Shown: piece after piece, positions 8,241 through 16,303 of the stretch
Layout: each line of letters starts with the position of its first letter
Position numbering within the stretch: the first letter of the stretch is position 1
From: Paraburkholderia solisilvae
GTDB lineage: Bacteria > Pseudomonadota > Gammaproteobacteria > Burkholderiales > Burkholderiaceae
Reading direction: 5' to 3'
DNA length: 40,000 nt
Assembly (NCBI RefSeq): GCF_042682325.1
Contig: NZ_JBHUHI010000001.1
Coordinates: forward strand, 3,523,622-3,563,621
Notes under the pieces: model-generated
What the model was told of the DNA's origin: nothing
The model's input: only the letters and a program-made list of their open reading frames with translations
The model's database searches: none
Translations under genes and position numbers: made by a program

Positions 8241-8522
8241 TCAATCGCCTTCGAACGCGCTGAGCAGATCCGCCGGCAGCGGCGCGTCGAAGTCGTCCGC
8301 GACCTGGACTTGGCCGCGCAGCGCACCGCGCGTGCGTTCGGGCTTTGCAGGCGGCGCATCGACCCACATATCGATCTGGCGCGGATCGATGGCGGGTTCG
8401 TCAGGATCGACGCCACGCACCGCACGCTTGCGAGAGCCATCGGCAGGCTGCGCAACGGACACGCGCGGAAATATCTCGCGATTGAATATGGCGTCGGCCG
8501 TAATACGGACCAGTTCAGGCAT
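8241..8522 (-). CDS. Antitoxin-like protein (C-terminal DDFDAPLP..FEG motif), no cognate toxin adjacent
   Basis: GGAG lies 7 nt upstream of the ATG at 8522. The C-terminus RGALRGQVQVADDFDAPLPADLLSAFEGD resembles the tail of Phd/YefM- or VapB-type antitoxins. The N-terminus is atypical. Confidence 0.6.
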   Translation of the reverse strand: MPELVRITADAIFNREIFPRVSVAQPADGSRKRAVRGVDPDEPAIDPRQIDMWVDAPPAKPERTRGALRGQVQVADDFDAPLPADLLSAFEGD

Positions 8523-8604
8523 CTTCACTCCTGCACAGCATGGCGTGTCCTCACATTGCGGACTGCCACGTACGTTACTCGAAAGGCGACCGGGGCGGCA
8601 CTAC

Positions 8605-8708
8605 CCCGCGCAACAAACGACCGAAAGTTGCGCGATGCCAACAGGCCTTAAAAAGTGCGCAACAATCCCATTGCTATCGATGTTGCGCACCGGCATGATG
8701 TGCGCACG
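8605..8708. repeat. Cluster of GTGCGCAAC-type sites upstream of the serine recombinase (res/operator-like)
   Basis: gtgcgcaac (8655..8663) and its exact inverted copy gttgcgcac (8682..8690). Also the palindrome gtgcgcac (8700..8707), and related gttgcgcga (8628..8636) and cgcgcaac (~8607). Confidence 0.4.
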
Positions 8709-8730
8709 TTTGATGAGCACAAGGACCGCA

Positions 8731-9321
8731 ATGAGCCGCACTTTTCTTTACAGTCGTGTAAGCACCGCCACGCAGGACACCGCGAACCAGCTTCTCGAAG
8801 CCAAGAGCGCCGGATTCGACATCCCAGCATCGCGCGTCATTGCGGAAACCGTGTCTGGAACCGTGGCCGCGATGGAGCGCCCAGGGTTTCAGGCGTTGAT
8901 CGAGCACAAGCTCGAAGCGGGTGATGTTTTGATCGTGACCAAGCTGGACCGACTAGGCCGCAACACAAGCGACGTGCTCGCAACCGTTGAACGGCTGACC
9001 GCGATGGACGTGCGCCTGCATTGCATAGCTATCCCAGGGACCGACCTCACCAGTCCATCGGGACGCTTTACGCTTACTGTGTTGGCCGCAGTGGCGACAT
9101 TTGAACGCGACCTGCTGGTCGAACGAACACATGCGGGGTTGGCCCGTGCCCGCTCTGAAGGCCGCATAGGCGGTCGCAAAGAGTCGCTGACACCCGAGCA
9201 GAAAGCCGAGATACAGGCCGCAATGGCGCAGGGCAACGTGAGCGCCCGCGCGTTGGCGAAGCAATACGGCGTTGCACCCAACACGATCACCAAAGCCTGT
9301 CGAGAAACCGTGGCCGCGTAA
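8731..9321 (+). CDS. Serine recombinase (resolvase/invertase family)
   Basis: MSRTFLYSRVSTATQD (catalytic Ser), VTKLDRLGRN, VATFERDLLVERTHAGLARARSEGRIGGRK, and a C-terminal HTH. The start was moved to ATG 8731 (AAGGA upstream) from the longer track ORF. Confidence 0.92.
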   Translation: MSRTFLYSRVSTATQDTANQLLEAKSAGFDIPASRVIAETVSGTVAAMERPGFQALIEHKLEAGDVLIVTKLDRLGRNTSDVLATVERLTAMDVRLHCIAIPGTDLTSPSGRFTLTVLAAVATFERDLLVERTHAGLARARSEGRIGGRKESLTPEQKAEIQAAMAQGNVSARALAKQYGVAPNTITKACRETVAA

Positions 9322-9333
9322 CGCAACCGCCGA

Positions 9334-10056
9334 TCAGAGCGATTCCGGCTCTGCTGTTGAGGTAGGGGCGAGCAGGGCATCCGCGTTCAGGATCGGCGGC
9401 TGCTTACCCGGCACGCGATAGAAGTTGCAGACAACCACGCAACCGTTGAACTGCTCGTCGAGCCGCTTCAATTGCTGGTCCTGCTTTTCCTTGATTGCGC
9501 GGCCGAGCTTGAGCAGTCGGTCGGCCTCGGTGCTGTCGCTGGTCTGCGCCGCGGCGACGAGCTTGCTCTGGTGATATCGCAGCTCGATGTCGTGGTCCTT
9601 CAGCAGCTGGTCACGCTCACGCAAGTATTGCACGCCGAGCTCGCCCTTGCGCGTCGGTTTGCGCGTTGGCCGTGGCACGAACTGAACCGTCGTGTAGTCG
9701 TGCTCGAAGCCGGGACGCACGGGATCAGTGCCAGGAATACGGTATTCAGATGCGTACTCCGGCCCCGTGCGAGTCGATTCTGAGGCTTCACCGTCGTTTT
9801 TGGCGGCGCTGTGAAGATCGGGCGCGCGGCTCGAGCTCTGTGCACGCTTCTCCCCCTCCGCAACAACAGGCCCAAGCAAAGCGCGCCGCTGCGGATTAAT
9901 CGCTTTCTGCCACTTGTCGCGCTGCGATTTCTGCCACACGGCCGGTTTGGAAATGCCCCATTTCTTTGCGATATCTCCGTAGCTGACGTCTTCGTCACGC
10001 TCCCACTCATCGCGTGCCTGTTCCCATTGTTCTTCAGTGAGTTTTCGATTCGCCAT
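9334..10056 (-). CDS. HTH DNA-binding protein (240 aa), function unknown
   Basis: The N-terminus MANRKLTEEQWEQARDEWERDEDVSYGDIAKKWGISKPAVWQKSQRDKW is HTH-like. It is followed by a low-complexity linker and a coiled C-terminal part. Confidence 0.75.
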   Translation of the reverse strand: MANRKLTEEQWEQARDEWERDEDVSYGDIAKKWGISKPAVWQKSQRDKWQKAINPQRRALLGPVVAEGEKRAQSSSRAPDLHSAAKNDGEASESTRTGPEYASEYRIPGTDPVRPGFEHDYTTVQFVPRPTRKPTRKGELGVQYLRERDQLLKDHDIELRYHQSKLVAAAQTSDSTEADRLLKLGRAIKEKQDQQLKRLDEQFNGCVVVCNFYRVPGKQPPILNADALLAPTSTAEPESL

Positions 10057-10082
10057 GCGTTACTCCGAGCCTTTACACATGC

Positions 10083-10182
10083 CTTCACGTTAAGGTCACG
10101 ACGATGCATTTGATTCACGATGTAGACGCACCGCTTCACGCTTTGAGGGGGTGCAGTTCGTGTTCGGACTTCACGCGTGAAG
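10083..10182. repeat. Repeated (C)TTCACG hexamers ending in a 14-bp perfect palindrome, upstream of gene 9334..10056
   Basis: cttcacg at 10083 and 10134, ttcacg at 10114, gtcacg at ~10096, and the palindrome cttcacgcgtgaag at 10169..10182. Confidence 0.4.
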
Positions 10183-10248
10183 AGACGTTGCCGAAACGTC
10201 CATCAGATAAAGGCAAAGCTGTGTTTACGGCGCTTTCGAAAACACATC

Positions 10249-10272
10249 GCGGCGATGTATAACCGATGCTCC
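10249..10272 (+). repeat. 24-bp direct repeat, copy A
   Basis: gcggcgatgtataaccgatgctcc. It is 23/24 identical to 12604..12627, with weaker similarity continuing ~10 bp downstream. Confidence 0.6.
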
Positions 10273-10329
10273 TCACAGACAGCGGACAGCAGCGTGGCAC
10301 GGATTCCTGAAACCATGCGTTGCGGCCTT

Positions 10330-10710
10330 TTGGTCACGGCAGCGGCCGTCGACCGCCTCGCCGCAACGCGATGGACGTGCGTGCCACCGTCGACCTGCTC
10401 AACAAGATGGGAGGCGCGTTCGTTGCCTCGTGCTCAGTGGAGTCGACCTGACGAGTTCTGCCGGGAAGATGATGATGGGTGTGATATTGCAACCGTCGCC
10501 GAGTTCGAACGCGATCTGCTCATTGAGAGTACGCATGCCGGCCTCGCGCGCGCAAAGGCCGAAGGGAAGGACGCCGGTCAAAAGTCTAATGTGACCCGTG
10601 CGCACGCAAAGCGTAGAACCGGTTCAAACAAGGCGCAACCGTCTCTGGACTGACCACACACTTTCGACCACGTGGTGGGCCATCACCCGGATCCGAGAGC
10701 GCCTCGATTG
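10330..10710 (+). pseudogene. Serine recombinase pseudogene (N-terminally truncated, multiple frameshifts)
   Basis: Across three frames one reads: DRL(G)RNAMDVRATVDLLNKMG.., ..VDLTSSAGKMMMGV.., TVAEFERDLLIESTHAGLARAKAEGK, and an HTH remnant ..ITRIRER. The catalytic Ser region is absent. Confidence 0.75.
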
Positions 10711-10803
10711 CCATCGACTAGATGGTGTTGGAATTGATTCGCGACCGAATGTGCCAAGGGGAGGGGGTGTCCCTTGAGAAGGGTAACCTCCCCCAGCGGT
10801 ATC

Positions 10804-11169
10804 CTAATCGAGCAGGGTTACGAACGTGAGGTCGAAGTCCGCAGCGTATCGATCATCATTCGGCCGACGTTTGCCGCCATTCACGAATACGATGTGAGCC
10901 TTGCACTCTCGCCCGATGGCCCCAGAAATCAGATCGGAAAGTTTCGTCGTCAACGCATCGGATACAAACAGTTCCGCGTCCGGGACATCGCTGATAATCG
11001 TCATGCGCTTCTCGATCTGCAAACCTCTGCGATTGCGAGGAATGGTGCCGTCCTCAGCCTCCTCCTCGGCGACATCGAACGCCCTTTTAATACGCTCGAC
11101 TTCGACTTCGAAATCCGCCGGCACGACGACTTCGAATAGCATGGGAATATTGAGTGAAAGATTTTTCAT
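10804..11169 (-). CDS. Hypothetical protein (121 aa), downstream partner in a two-gene cassette
   Basis: Clean ORF 29 nt downstream of 11199..12410 on the same strand. No motif recognised. Confidence 0.7.
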   Translation of the reverse strand: MKNLSLNIPMLFEVVVPADFEVEVERIKRAFDVAEEEAEDGTIPRNRRGLQIEKRMTIISDVPDAELFVSDALTTKLSDLISGAIGRECKAHIVFVNGGKRRPNDDRYAADFDLTFVTLLD

Positions 11170-11198
11170 AAATTGCTTTCGTTGTCATCGCGCGCCGA

Positions 11199-12410
11199 TC
11201 AGCTGCGCAAGATCTCTACCGATTCGATGAAGGGATTTGAGAGCCGCGGCCTCAAAGGATCGTTCTTACCGTCTTGGACAAGTTCGAAGTCTGCTCGCCA
11301 GTCCACATTGAAATTATAGGGCGGCAGCTCAATCATTCGAAATGACCCGTACATTTGGTCGAGTTTAAGTTCGGACAAGCCGATGATCGGAGCCGTGTAG
11401 CTGAAAGACACGGGCTCGACCTTTGGCGTAGGAATATCGACATAGCTGGCCGAATACGGCATGCCTTCTTGCCATAGTGTCCCCGGGACGAGCTGCGGGT
11501 GAACGTCCGCGCTCGCAAAACCCAAAGCGTGTCCTGGTACCCACTCCCACCCGTCGCGCGAGATCGAATACGTATTGCGAAAATAGACGTGACGCATTTC
11601 CTTCTTCACGAATACCGGTGGGTTATACATTGAATGACGCAAACGTTCGTTGCTTATGCCCTCAAGCGTGGGCTGTAGGTCAATACGATGCTTCGCCATC
11701 GGGAATACATGCCCCCAGAATTCAGTGGCACCGTCCAAAAGTAATGCAGCGGCGTCGACTATCTGTGGCGCGATACTTGGATCAACATCGGAAGACAGGA
11801 AGTTCAGCTCGCTCGCCAGCTCGTCCGCGTTGCTTACGAATTTTGTATTCGGTGCCCGCGACTTTACGTGCTCGACGAGCCGTTTATCGTTGCTCACGAA
11901 CATCGCCGTCTCTGTACCGTGCGCCGGCAGAGTCCCCGCCATCTGAATGAATGTCTCGGCGATCACCGCGTCTTTGAATCCCTTTTCTTTGCTAGGGTCG
12001 GGATCGAACGGGGGCGCCCTTCGGCCCGCCGCCTTTATAAGGCTTGCCCAATTAACGGTGGAAGTGTCACACGGGACGACTTCGACGCCATGACGCGCCA
12101 ATTCATCGCTAACGAACCTGGCGATCTCACTGGTCATGGACTCCTCGGCTGCCAGCCATGTCGCGCCGAAGAGTTTCGGCATTTTTGACGCGACGCCGAA
12201 GATGTGCTTGATATTCGCCCGAAGCTGAACTTCGCGTTCCACTTGAACCATTTCCGGAATCGTCCACCGGATCTCAAGCTCCTCATGCTGAGGGTCGAGA
12301 ATGATCTTCGAGATGTTCGGCGGAATTAAATCTTCACCGCTCTCCTTCACCCACAGGGCATTGGCATCGAACATGATATGCAATTGGGATTTTTTCGTCG
12401 GAGCGTTCAT
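11199..12410 (-). CDS. PIN-like (DUF4935-like) N-terminal domain protein with an unassigned beta-rich C-terminal domain (403 aa)
   Basis: LHIMFDANALW ..., PPFDPDPSKEKGFKDAVIAETFIQ ..., and AMFVSNDKRL match, by my recollection, the acidic-residue pattern of PIN-like DUF4935 domains. The C-terminal ~200 aa have no recognisable motif. Confidence 0.8.
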   Translation of the reverse strand: MNAPTKKSQLHIMFDANALWVKESGEDLIPPNISKIILDPQHEELEIRWTIPEMVQVEREVQLRANIKHIFGVASKMPKLFGATWLAAEESMTSEIARFVSDELARHGVEVVPCDTSTVNWASLIKAAGRRAPPFDPDPSKEKGFKDAVIAETFIQMAGTLPAHGTETAMFVSNDKRLVEHVKSRAPNTKFVSNADELASELNFLSSDVDPSIAPQIVDAAALLLDGATEFWGHVFPMAKHRIDLQPTLEGISNERLRHSMYNPPVFVKKEMRHVYFRNTYSISRDGWEWVPGHALGFASADVHPQLVPGTLWQEGMPYSASYVDIPTPKVEPVSFSYTAPIIGLSELKLDQMYGSFRMIELPPYNFNVDWRADFELVQDGKNDPLRPRLSNPFIESVEILRS

Positions 12411-12603
12411 ATTGTTATTTCCTCCAGAATCTCAAAACACGTTGCGCCCGAATGGTACCTGAGAGGCTCGTCGCGCGCTCAATTGCGGGCGGTCTAGTAG
12501 CCGGAGGGCCGTTACGGGCAACGCGATGATCGGCTCGTTTCCGAACCGAACGCACACTCAAAAGATCGGGGGAAGCAGCGCGCTTTGACTTGTTATGGCC
12601 GTT

Positions 12604-12627
12604 GCGGCGATGTATAACCGCTGCTCC
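12604..12627 (+). repeat. 24-bp direct repeat, copy B
   Basis: gcggcgatgtataaccgctgctcc, in the same orientation as copy A. Confidence 0.6.
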
Positions 12628-12688
12628 CCAACAGCGCTTGACGTCCAATGCGCCACGCGCTGAGCTTCGCACCGACCAGGGAGTGAAT

Positions 12689-13525
12689 ATGACAGAAGCG
12701 TCTGAAGGAAAGGACAATCAACCGCTACTGCGCAGCGCCAGTGCCGTACAGGCCGATGCGTCGAAGGCGTGGCTCATCGACCAATTGCTTGAGCGGGGCA
12801 AACTTGGCGTGATCTACGGGCCACCGAAGTCGGGCCGCTCGTTCGTCGCGCTCGACCTGGCCGTCGCCGCAGCGAATGGAGAGCCGTGGTTCGGTCGCCA
12901 GGTCAAGCAGGTGCCCGTCACCTACGTCTGGAACGGCGATGCGAGCAGTTGCTCACGCCGGCTCGAGGCGCTGAGCAAGCGAGGTCGGCGCTTGCCCGAT
13001 ACCCTGCGAGTTTTCGGCGGCACCTTCAGTTGGGGATTTAAGCGCAACCTTTGGGATAGTGGCGACAAAGAACCGGAACCGCTGGTCCGGGAGATTAACG
13101 CAGCCAATGCGCGCGACGGGCTGATCGTGATCGATTCGGTCATGGAGACCTGGAAGGTGCTCAACGAAGTCCCGCATATCGTCGCCGAATGCGCGGCGCT
13201 GAGCGAGCAAACGGGCTGCGCTGTAGTCTTGGTCGATCAGTTCGGCACCGTGAGCAGCACAAACGGCACGCCACGCGAACTGTCCGGCATCCTCGGCTCG
13301 GTCGATTTCGCGGTACAGGTAGCGCCGTCGCAGTTCGGCGGCCGCGAATGGACCGTCACCGCCGCGCGCGAGGCAGCAAGCGGCGAGCGGCGCTCATTCG
13401 ACTTGGTGCCGGTCCAGATCAGCGAAAACAACTTCGGGCATCAATCAACGGCGTGCGTGGTTGAGGACCGTGGCGTAGATCGCGGGCTTGACGAGCTTCG
13501 CAGCGCAGGCCAATCAGAGAAGTGA
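12689..13525 (+). CDS. RecA-fold P-loop ATPase (AAA_25/RepA-like)
   Basis: GGGAG lies 6 nt upstream of ATG 12689. Walker A is GVIYGPPKSGRSFVALDLAVAAANGEPWFG, and the Walker B-like motif is GLIVIDSVMETW. Confidence 0.8.
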   Translation: MTEASEGKDNQPLLRSASAVQADASKAWLIDQLLERGKLGVIYGPPKSGRSFVALDLAVAAANGEPWFGRQVKQVPVTYVWNGDASSCSRRLEALSKRGRRLPDTLRVFGGTFSWGFKRNLWDSGDKEPEPLVREINAANARDGLIVIDSVMETWKVLNEVPHIVAECAALSEQTGCAVVLVDQFGTVSSTNGTPRELSGILGSVDFAVQVAPSQFGGREWTVTAAREAASGERRSFDLVPVQISENNFGHQSTACVVEDRGVDRGLDELRSAGQSEK

Positions 13526-13625
13526 ACCGGGGGCAACTGCCGTTGTAGCTCTCCCGGAAGCATCGCGACGATTTAAAGCAGCGCTCCCGCGCCGACGTGA
13601 ACTCAGCGTCGGCATTTCGACGCGA

Positions 13626-14261
13626 TCACCGCACCCCACGACGGCGAGAAACGCGGCGCCTGACCGGTCGTGCCGCAGGGGCGCTGGCGTTTGCCCGTTG
13701 ATCGGGATCGGCAGGGGCAGCCGTCGAGCCCGGGTCGACGATCCGGTCTTCGCGGAAGTCGATGACCGGCGCCCAGAAGCGCTGCCACCATGTGACTTTC
13801 GCGAGGAGATCGCGGGGATACCGTTCCGCGCGCAGCAGCTCGTTATGGCAGATGACGTTGAGCACGTGCAGCACGGGAGGTTCGTCGGCTTCGATCTCCA
13901 GCCGCGCGTCTGTCACGCGCAGCAAAACATCCTCGCTCGGAGCGCCGACCATCTGACGCTCCAAGCCGCTGTACTCGCGTGACAGATCGTGGTGAAGCCG
14001 AGCCCGCTGAGCTGACCCATAGACGAGATTGATCGCCGAAATAATGGTGACAAGCGCTGACGCGATCAGTGCGAGCGCATGATAGTCCTTGTCGAGCACG
14101 CCATAGATCGCAGCCGATCCGAAAATCAGCGAAATGACGTTCCCCCACTGGTCACAGCGGTCAAAGAACGCGCGCCTACGCTGATGGTATCGGATCGAGC
14201 GGCGGATACCGAAAAGCATGTCCGCCCAGCGACGGTCGAGCGGCCTATCGGTATCGGTCAC
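13626..14261 (-). CDS. Two-TM membrane protein, SLATT-like (inference)
   Basis: N-terminal amphipathic IRRSIRYHQRRRAFFDR, then two hydrophobic helices (WGNVISLIFGSAAIYGVL and ALALIASALVTIISAINLVYG), then a helical tail. GTG start overlaps the upstream stop (GTGA). Confidence 0.7.
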   Translation of the reverse strand: MTDTDRPLDRRWADMLFGIRRSIRYHQRRRAFFDRCDQWGNVISLIFGSAAIYGVLDKDYHALALIASALVTIISAINLVYGSAQRARLHHDLSREYSGLERQMVGAPSEDVLLRVTDARLEIEADEPPVLHVLNVICHNELLRAERYPRDLLAKVTWWQRFWAPVIDFREDRIVDPGSTAAPADPDQRANASAPAARPVRRRVSRRRGVR

Positions 14262-14449
14262 CGCTTCGGCTTCCGGCCCGGATCAGGGGGTGCCAATGTA
14301 TCGCGCACGATCGGGCGGTCTTTGTAATCCTCCTGGACATAGCCGCCGCGCTCCGAATCGTGCGTCGGCCGGCTCGGGCGCGAAGGAACGCTGTCTTGAC
14401 CCATGCCACCACGCCCCGGCGGGACGGGCTTTTTACTTTTGTCGTTCAT
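14258..14449 (-). CDS. Small Pro/Arg/Gly-rich hypothetical protein (63 aa)
   Basis: ATG at 14449, in frame within the 231-aa track ORF. The stop overlaps the GTG start of the 2TM gene. Weak RBS and a disordered-looking sequence. Confidence 0.35.
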   Translation of the reverse strand: MNDKSKKPVPPGRGGMGQDSVPSRPSRPTHDSERGGYVQEDYKDRPIVRDTLAPPDPGRKPKR

Positions 14450-14690
14450 GGCTTTCTCGATTACCCCGTGAAGTAGCCGGACGATTCTACAGGACAGATG
14501 GCCCCAATTTAATGCGCATACGGCCACGCAGGGGCGACGAGCGAAGGCTCTGGGGCACCCAGAACGGCACAGTGCGGTACCCCAGAATCGCCGGCACAAC
14601 GCCGAACGTTCGCCGTTCACTAGCCTTACCGCTTCTCGAATGGATAGGGTCGCGGGCTGCCGGCTATCATCCGCGTCCGGTTGATGAACT

Positions 14691-15116
14691 ATGGACCCTG
14701 AAATGACCGACCCGAACCGGGCAGCGAGCGCGCTGCAGCCCTTGTTTGAGCGCCTGAATGCCGAGGGCACCCTGCCGTTTCTCGCGAAGCAGAGCGGCAT
14801 CCCGGAACCGGAGATCCAGCGAGCCCTGAGCGTGGACTCCCTGCGGACATACGCAGTGGTCGAACACATTCTGCGCGCGCTCGACCTGCAGGTGCGCGTG
14901 ACCGCTGTTGACCCGACCATGCCGCGGGCACCGCTGAACCTGCCGCTAATCACGTCCGAAGACCACGCGGCGGCCGTGGAGCGGTTTCTGGCACTGGAAG
15001 CGCGCTATCCAGGCGAGGGCTCGCCGGTGACGATGGAGATGATGGTCCTCTCCGTGGCGATCCAGAAATATGACGACCGACACCGGCTCGCGCCGAGCAT
15101 CGACTACCTACATTGA
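14691..15116 (+). CDS. HTH / HigA-like regulatory protein (141 aa)
   Basis: LPFLAKQSGIPEPEIQRALS is HTH-like. The C-terminal ITSEDHAAAVERFLALEA...LSVAIQKYDDRH motif is typical of HigA/COG5499-type antitoxins. Confidence 0.65.
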   Translation: MDPEMTDPNRAASALQPLFERLNAEGTLPFLAKQSGIPEPEIQRALSVDSLRTYAVVEHILRALDLQVRVTAVDPTMPRAPLNLPLITSEDHAAAVERFLALEARYPGEGSPVTMEMMVLSVAIQKYDDRHRLAPSIDYLH

Positions 15117-15162
15117 CGGGGCGGCACATTGAGATCAAACTACAGGCGTGATATGCTACGTC

Positions 15163-15459
15163 ATGGCTGATAAGAAACCAATCGACGAAAGCCACCATGT
15201 CACCAGACGAAAGGGCGGCGGCATTTTGCGCCGGGAAGTCTGGGTCGACGAAGACGGCAATGTGACCCGATACAACCTCGCGTACATCAATCGCGAGCTG
15301 TATCAGAGTGACAACGGCAGGGTAGTGGGATACGACAACGCGCACGGCTACCACCACCGGCACTACTTCGGAACCATTGAGCCGGTCGAGTTTGTCAGCT
15401 TCGAAGGCGTCGAGGAACAATTCGCGCGTGATTGGATTGCATTAAGGAGTCAGGCATGA
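15163..15459 (+). CDS. DUF6516/TumE-like putative toxin
   Basis: RYNLAYINRELYQSDNGRVVGYDNAHGYHHRHYFG is the YDNAHG-HH-H signature as I recall it for this family. ATGA overlap with the downstream HTH gene. An alternative GTG start lies at 15148. Confidence 0.75.
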   Translation: MADKKPIDESHHVTRRKGGGILRREVWVDEDGNVTRYNLAYINRELYQSDNGRVVGYDNAHGYHHRHYFGTIEPVEFVSFEGVEEQFARDWIALRSQA

Positions 15460-15830
15460 CCAAGCTGAAAATCGGATTGGGAACGGAAGCGGATTTCTTC
15501 GCACGCGGCAAACAGATCGCGCGCAAGCTGGATCGCGGCGAGAAGGTCGAAGAATCGTTCTCGATCACGTTCGAGGATCCCGCCGATGCACTGGAGCTGC
15601 TCACGCAGGCGCGTGTCGGGCTGTTCCGTGCGATCAAGGCGGAGCCGGCATCGATCACCAGCATCGCTGCCCGCCTGCATCGCGATCGCAGCGCCGTAAA
15701 GCGGGACGTCGACGCCCTGCTCGCGGCGGGACTGGTGTCGGTCGAAGTGGCACCGAATCCGGGCCACGGCACGCATAAAGTGGTGCGGGCGGTCGCGTCG
15801 CGGGTCGACATGCATGTGCTGATCGACTGA
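15456..15830 (+). CDS. Winged-helix (MarR-like) DNA-binding partner of the DUF6516-like gene
   Basis: AAGGAG lies upstream of ATG 15456. MTKLKIGLGTEADFFARGKQIARKLDRGEKVEESFSITFEDPADALELLTQARVGLFRAI...SITSIAARLHRDRSAVKRDVDALLAAGLV fits the regulator usually paired with such genes. Confidence 0.8.
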   Translation: MTKLKIGLGTEADFFARGKQIARKLDRGEKVEESFSITFEDPADALELLTQARVGLFRAIKAEPASITSIAARLHRDRSAVKRDVDALLAAGLVSVEVAPNPGHGTHKVVRAVASRVDMHVLID

Positions 15831-15838
15831 CACGCAAA

Positions 15839-16081
15839 ATGGACATCCAGACCGAAGACGAGCACCAGTCAGCGCTCGCACGCTGCTCCGTGCTAGTCGA
15901 CATCGACCCGGAGCGGGGGGCGCCCGAGGGCGACGAGATTGAGGCGCTGTCGATTGCCATCGAGCGGTACGGAGACGAGCACTACCCGATGCGGGAATCC
16001 GTCGAGGACATGGAACTGGCGAAGATCGTCTGCGACCGCGCCGACGAACCGCCCGTGCCGGTCGACATCAAGAGCCTGTAG
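15839..16081 (+). CDS. Small HigA-N-terminal-like protein (80 aa)
   Basis: IQTEDEHQSALARCSVLVDIDPERGAPEGDEIEALSIAIERYGDEHYP is the same motif as the C-terminus of 14691..15116. Confidence 0.6.
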   Translation: MDIQTEDEHQSALARCSVLVDIDPERGAPEGDEIEALSIAIERYGDEHYPMRESVEDMELAKIVCDRADEPPVPVDIKSL

Positions 16082-16159
16082 CGGCCAGGTGTGCGCGGCA
16101 CAGAGGGTCCGGCTACGTTGCTGGAACCCTTTGTAAAGCTCGAGGAAAAGGAAGGCGAA

Positions 16160-16303
16160 ATGGACCACGATCAGATTTTGTTCACGCTCGAGGAACTGGC
16201 GTTCGAAGCGTTCGTCGCCGAACTGGATCCACCGCAGCCGCAGCGCAATGCTGGCCTCGAGCGTCTGATGGCCGTGCAGGCACCGTGGGACGTCGATGAA
16301 TGA
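16160..16303 (+). pseudogene. DUF1778 (TacA-type antitoxin) C-terminal remnant, 47 codons
   Basis: ILFTLEELAFEAFVAELDPPQPQRNAGLERLMAVQAPWD matches the C-terminal half of DUF1778 antitoxins. There is no RHH N-terminus and no GNAT toxin downstream. Confidence 0.5.

Noticed and set aside
8332-8730. N-terminal 133-aa extension of the serine recombinase ORF
   Set aside because: The extension overlaps the antitoxin-like gene and the repeat-rich intergenic region. The conserved recombinase N-terminus (MSRTFLYSRVS) with an AAGGA RBS starts at 8731.
14450-14953. Upper part of the 231-aa minus ORF, and the overlapping plus ORF 14218..14706
   Set aside because: They overlap the better-supported HTH gene 14691..15116 and give R/S/C-rich products. 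Only the last 63 codons (SD-less but stop/start coupled) were retained, at low confidence.
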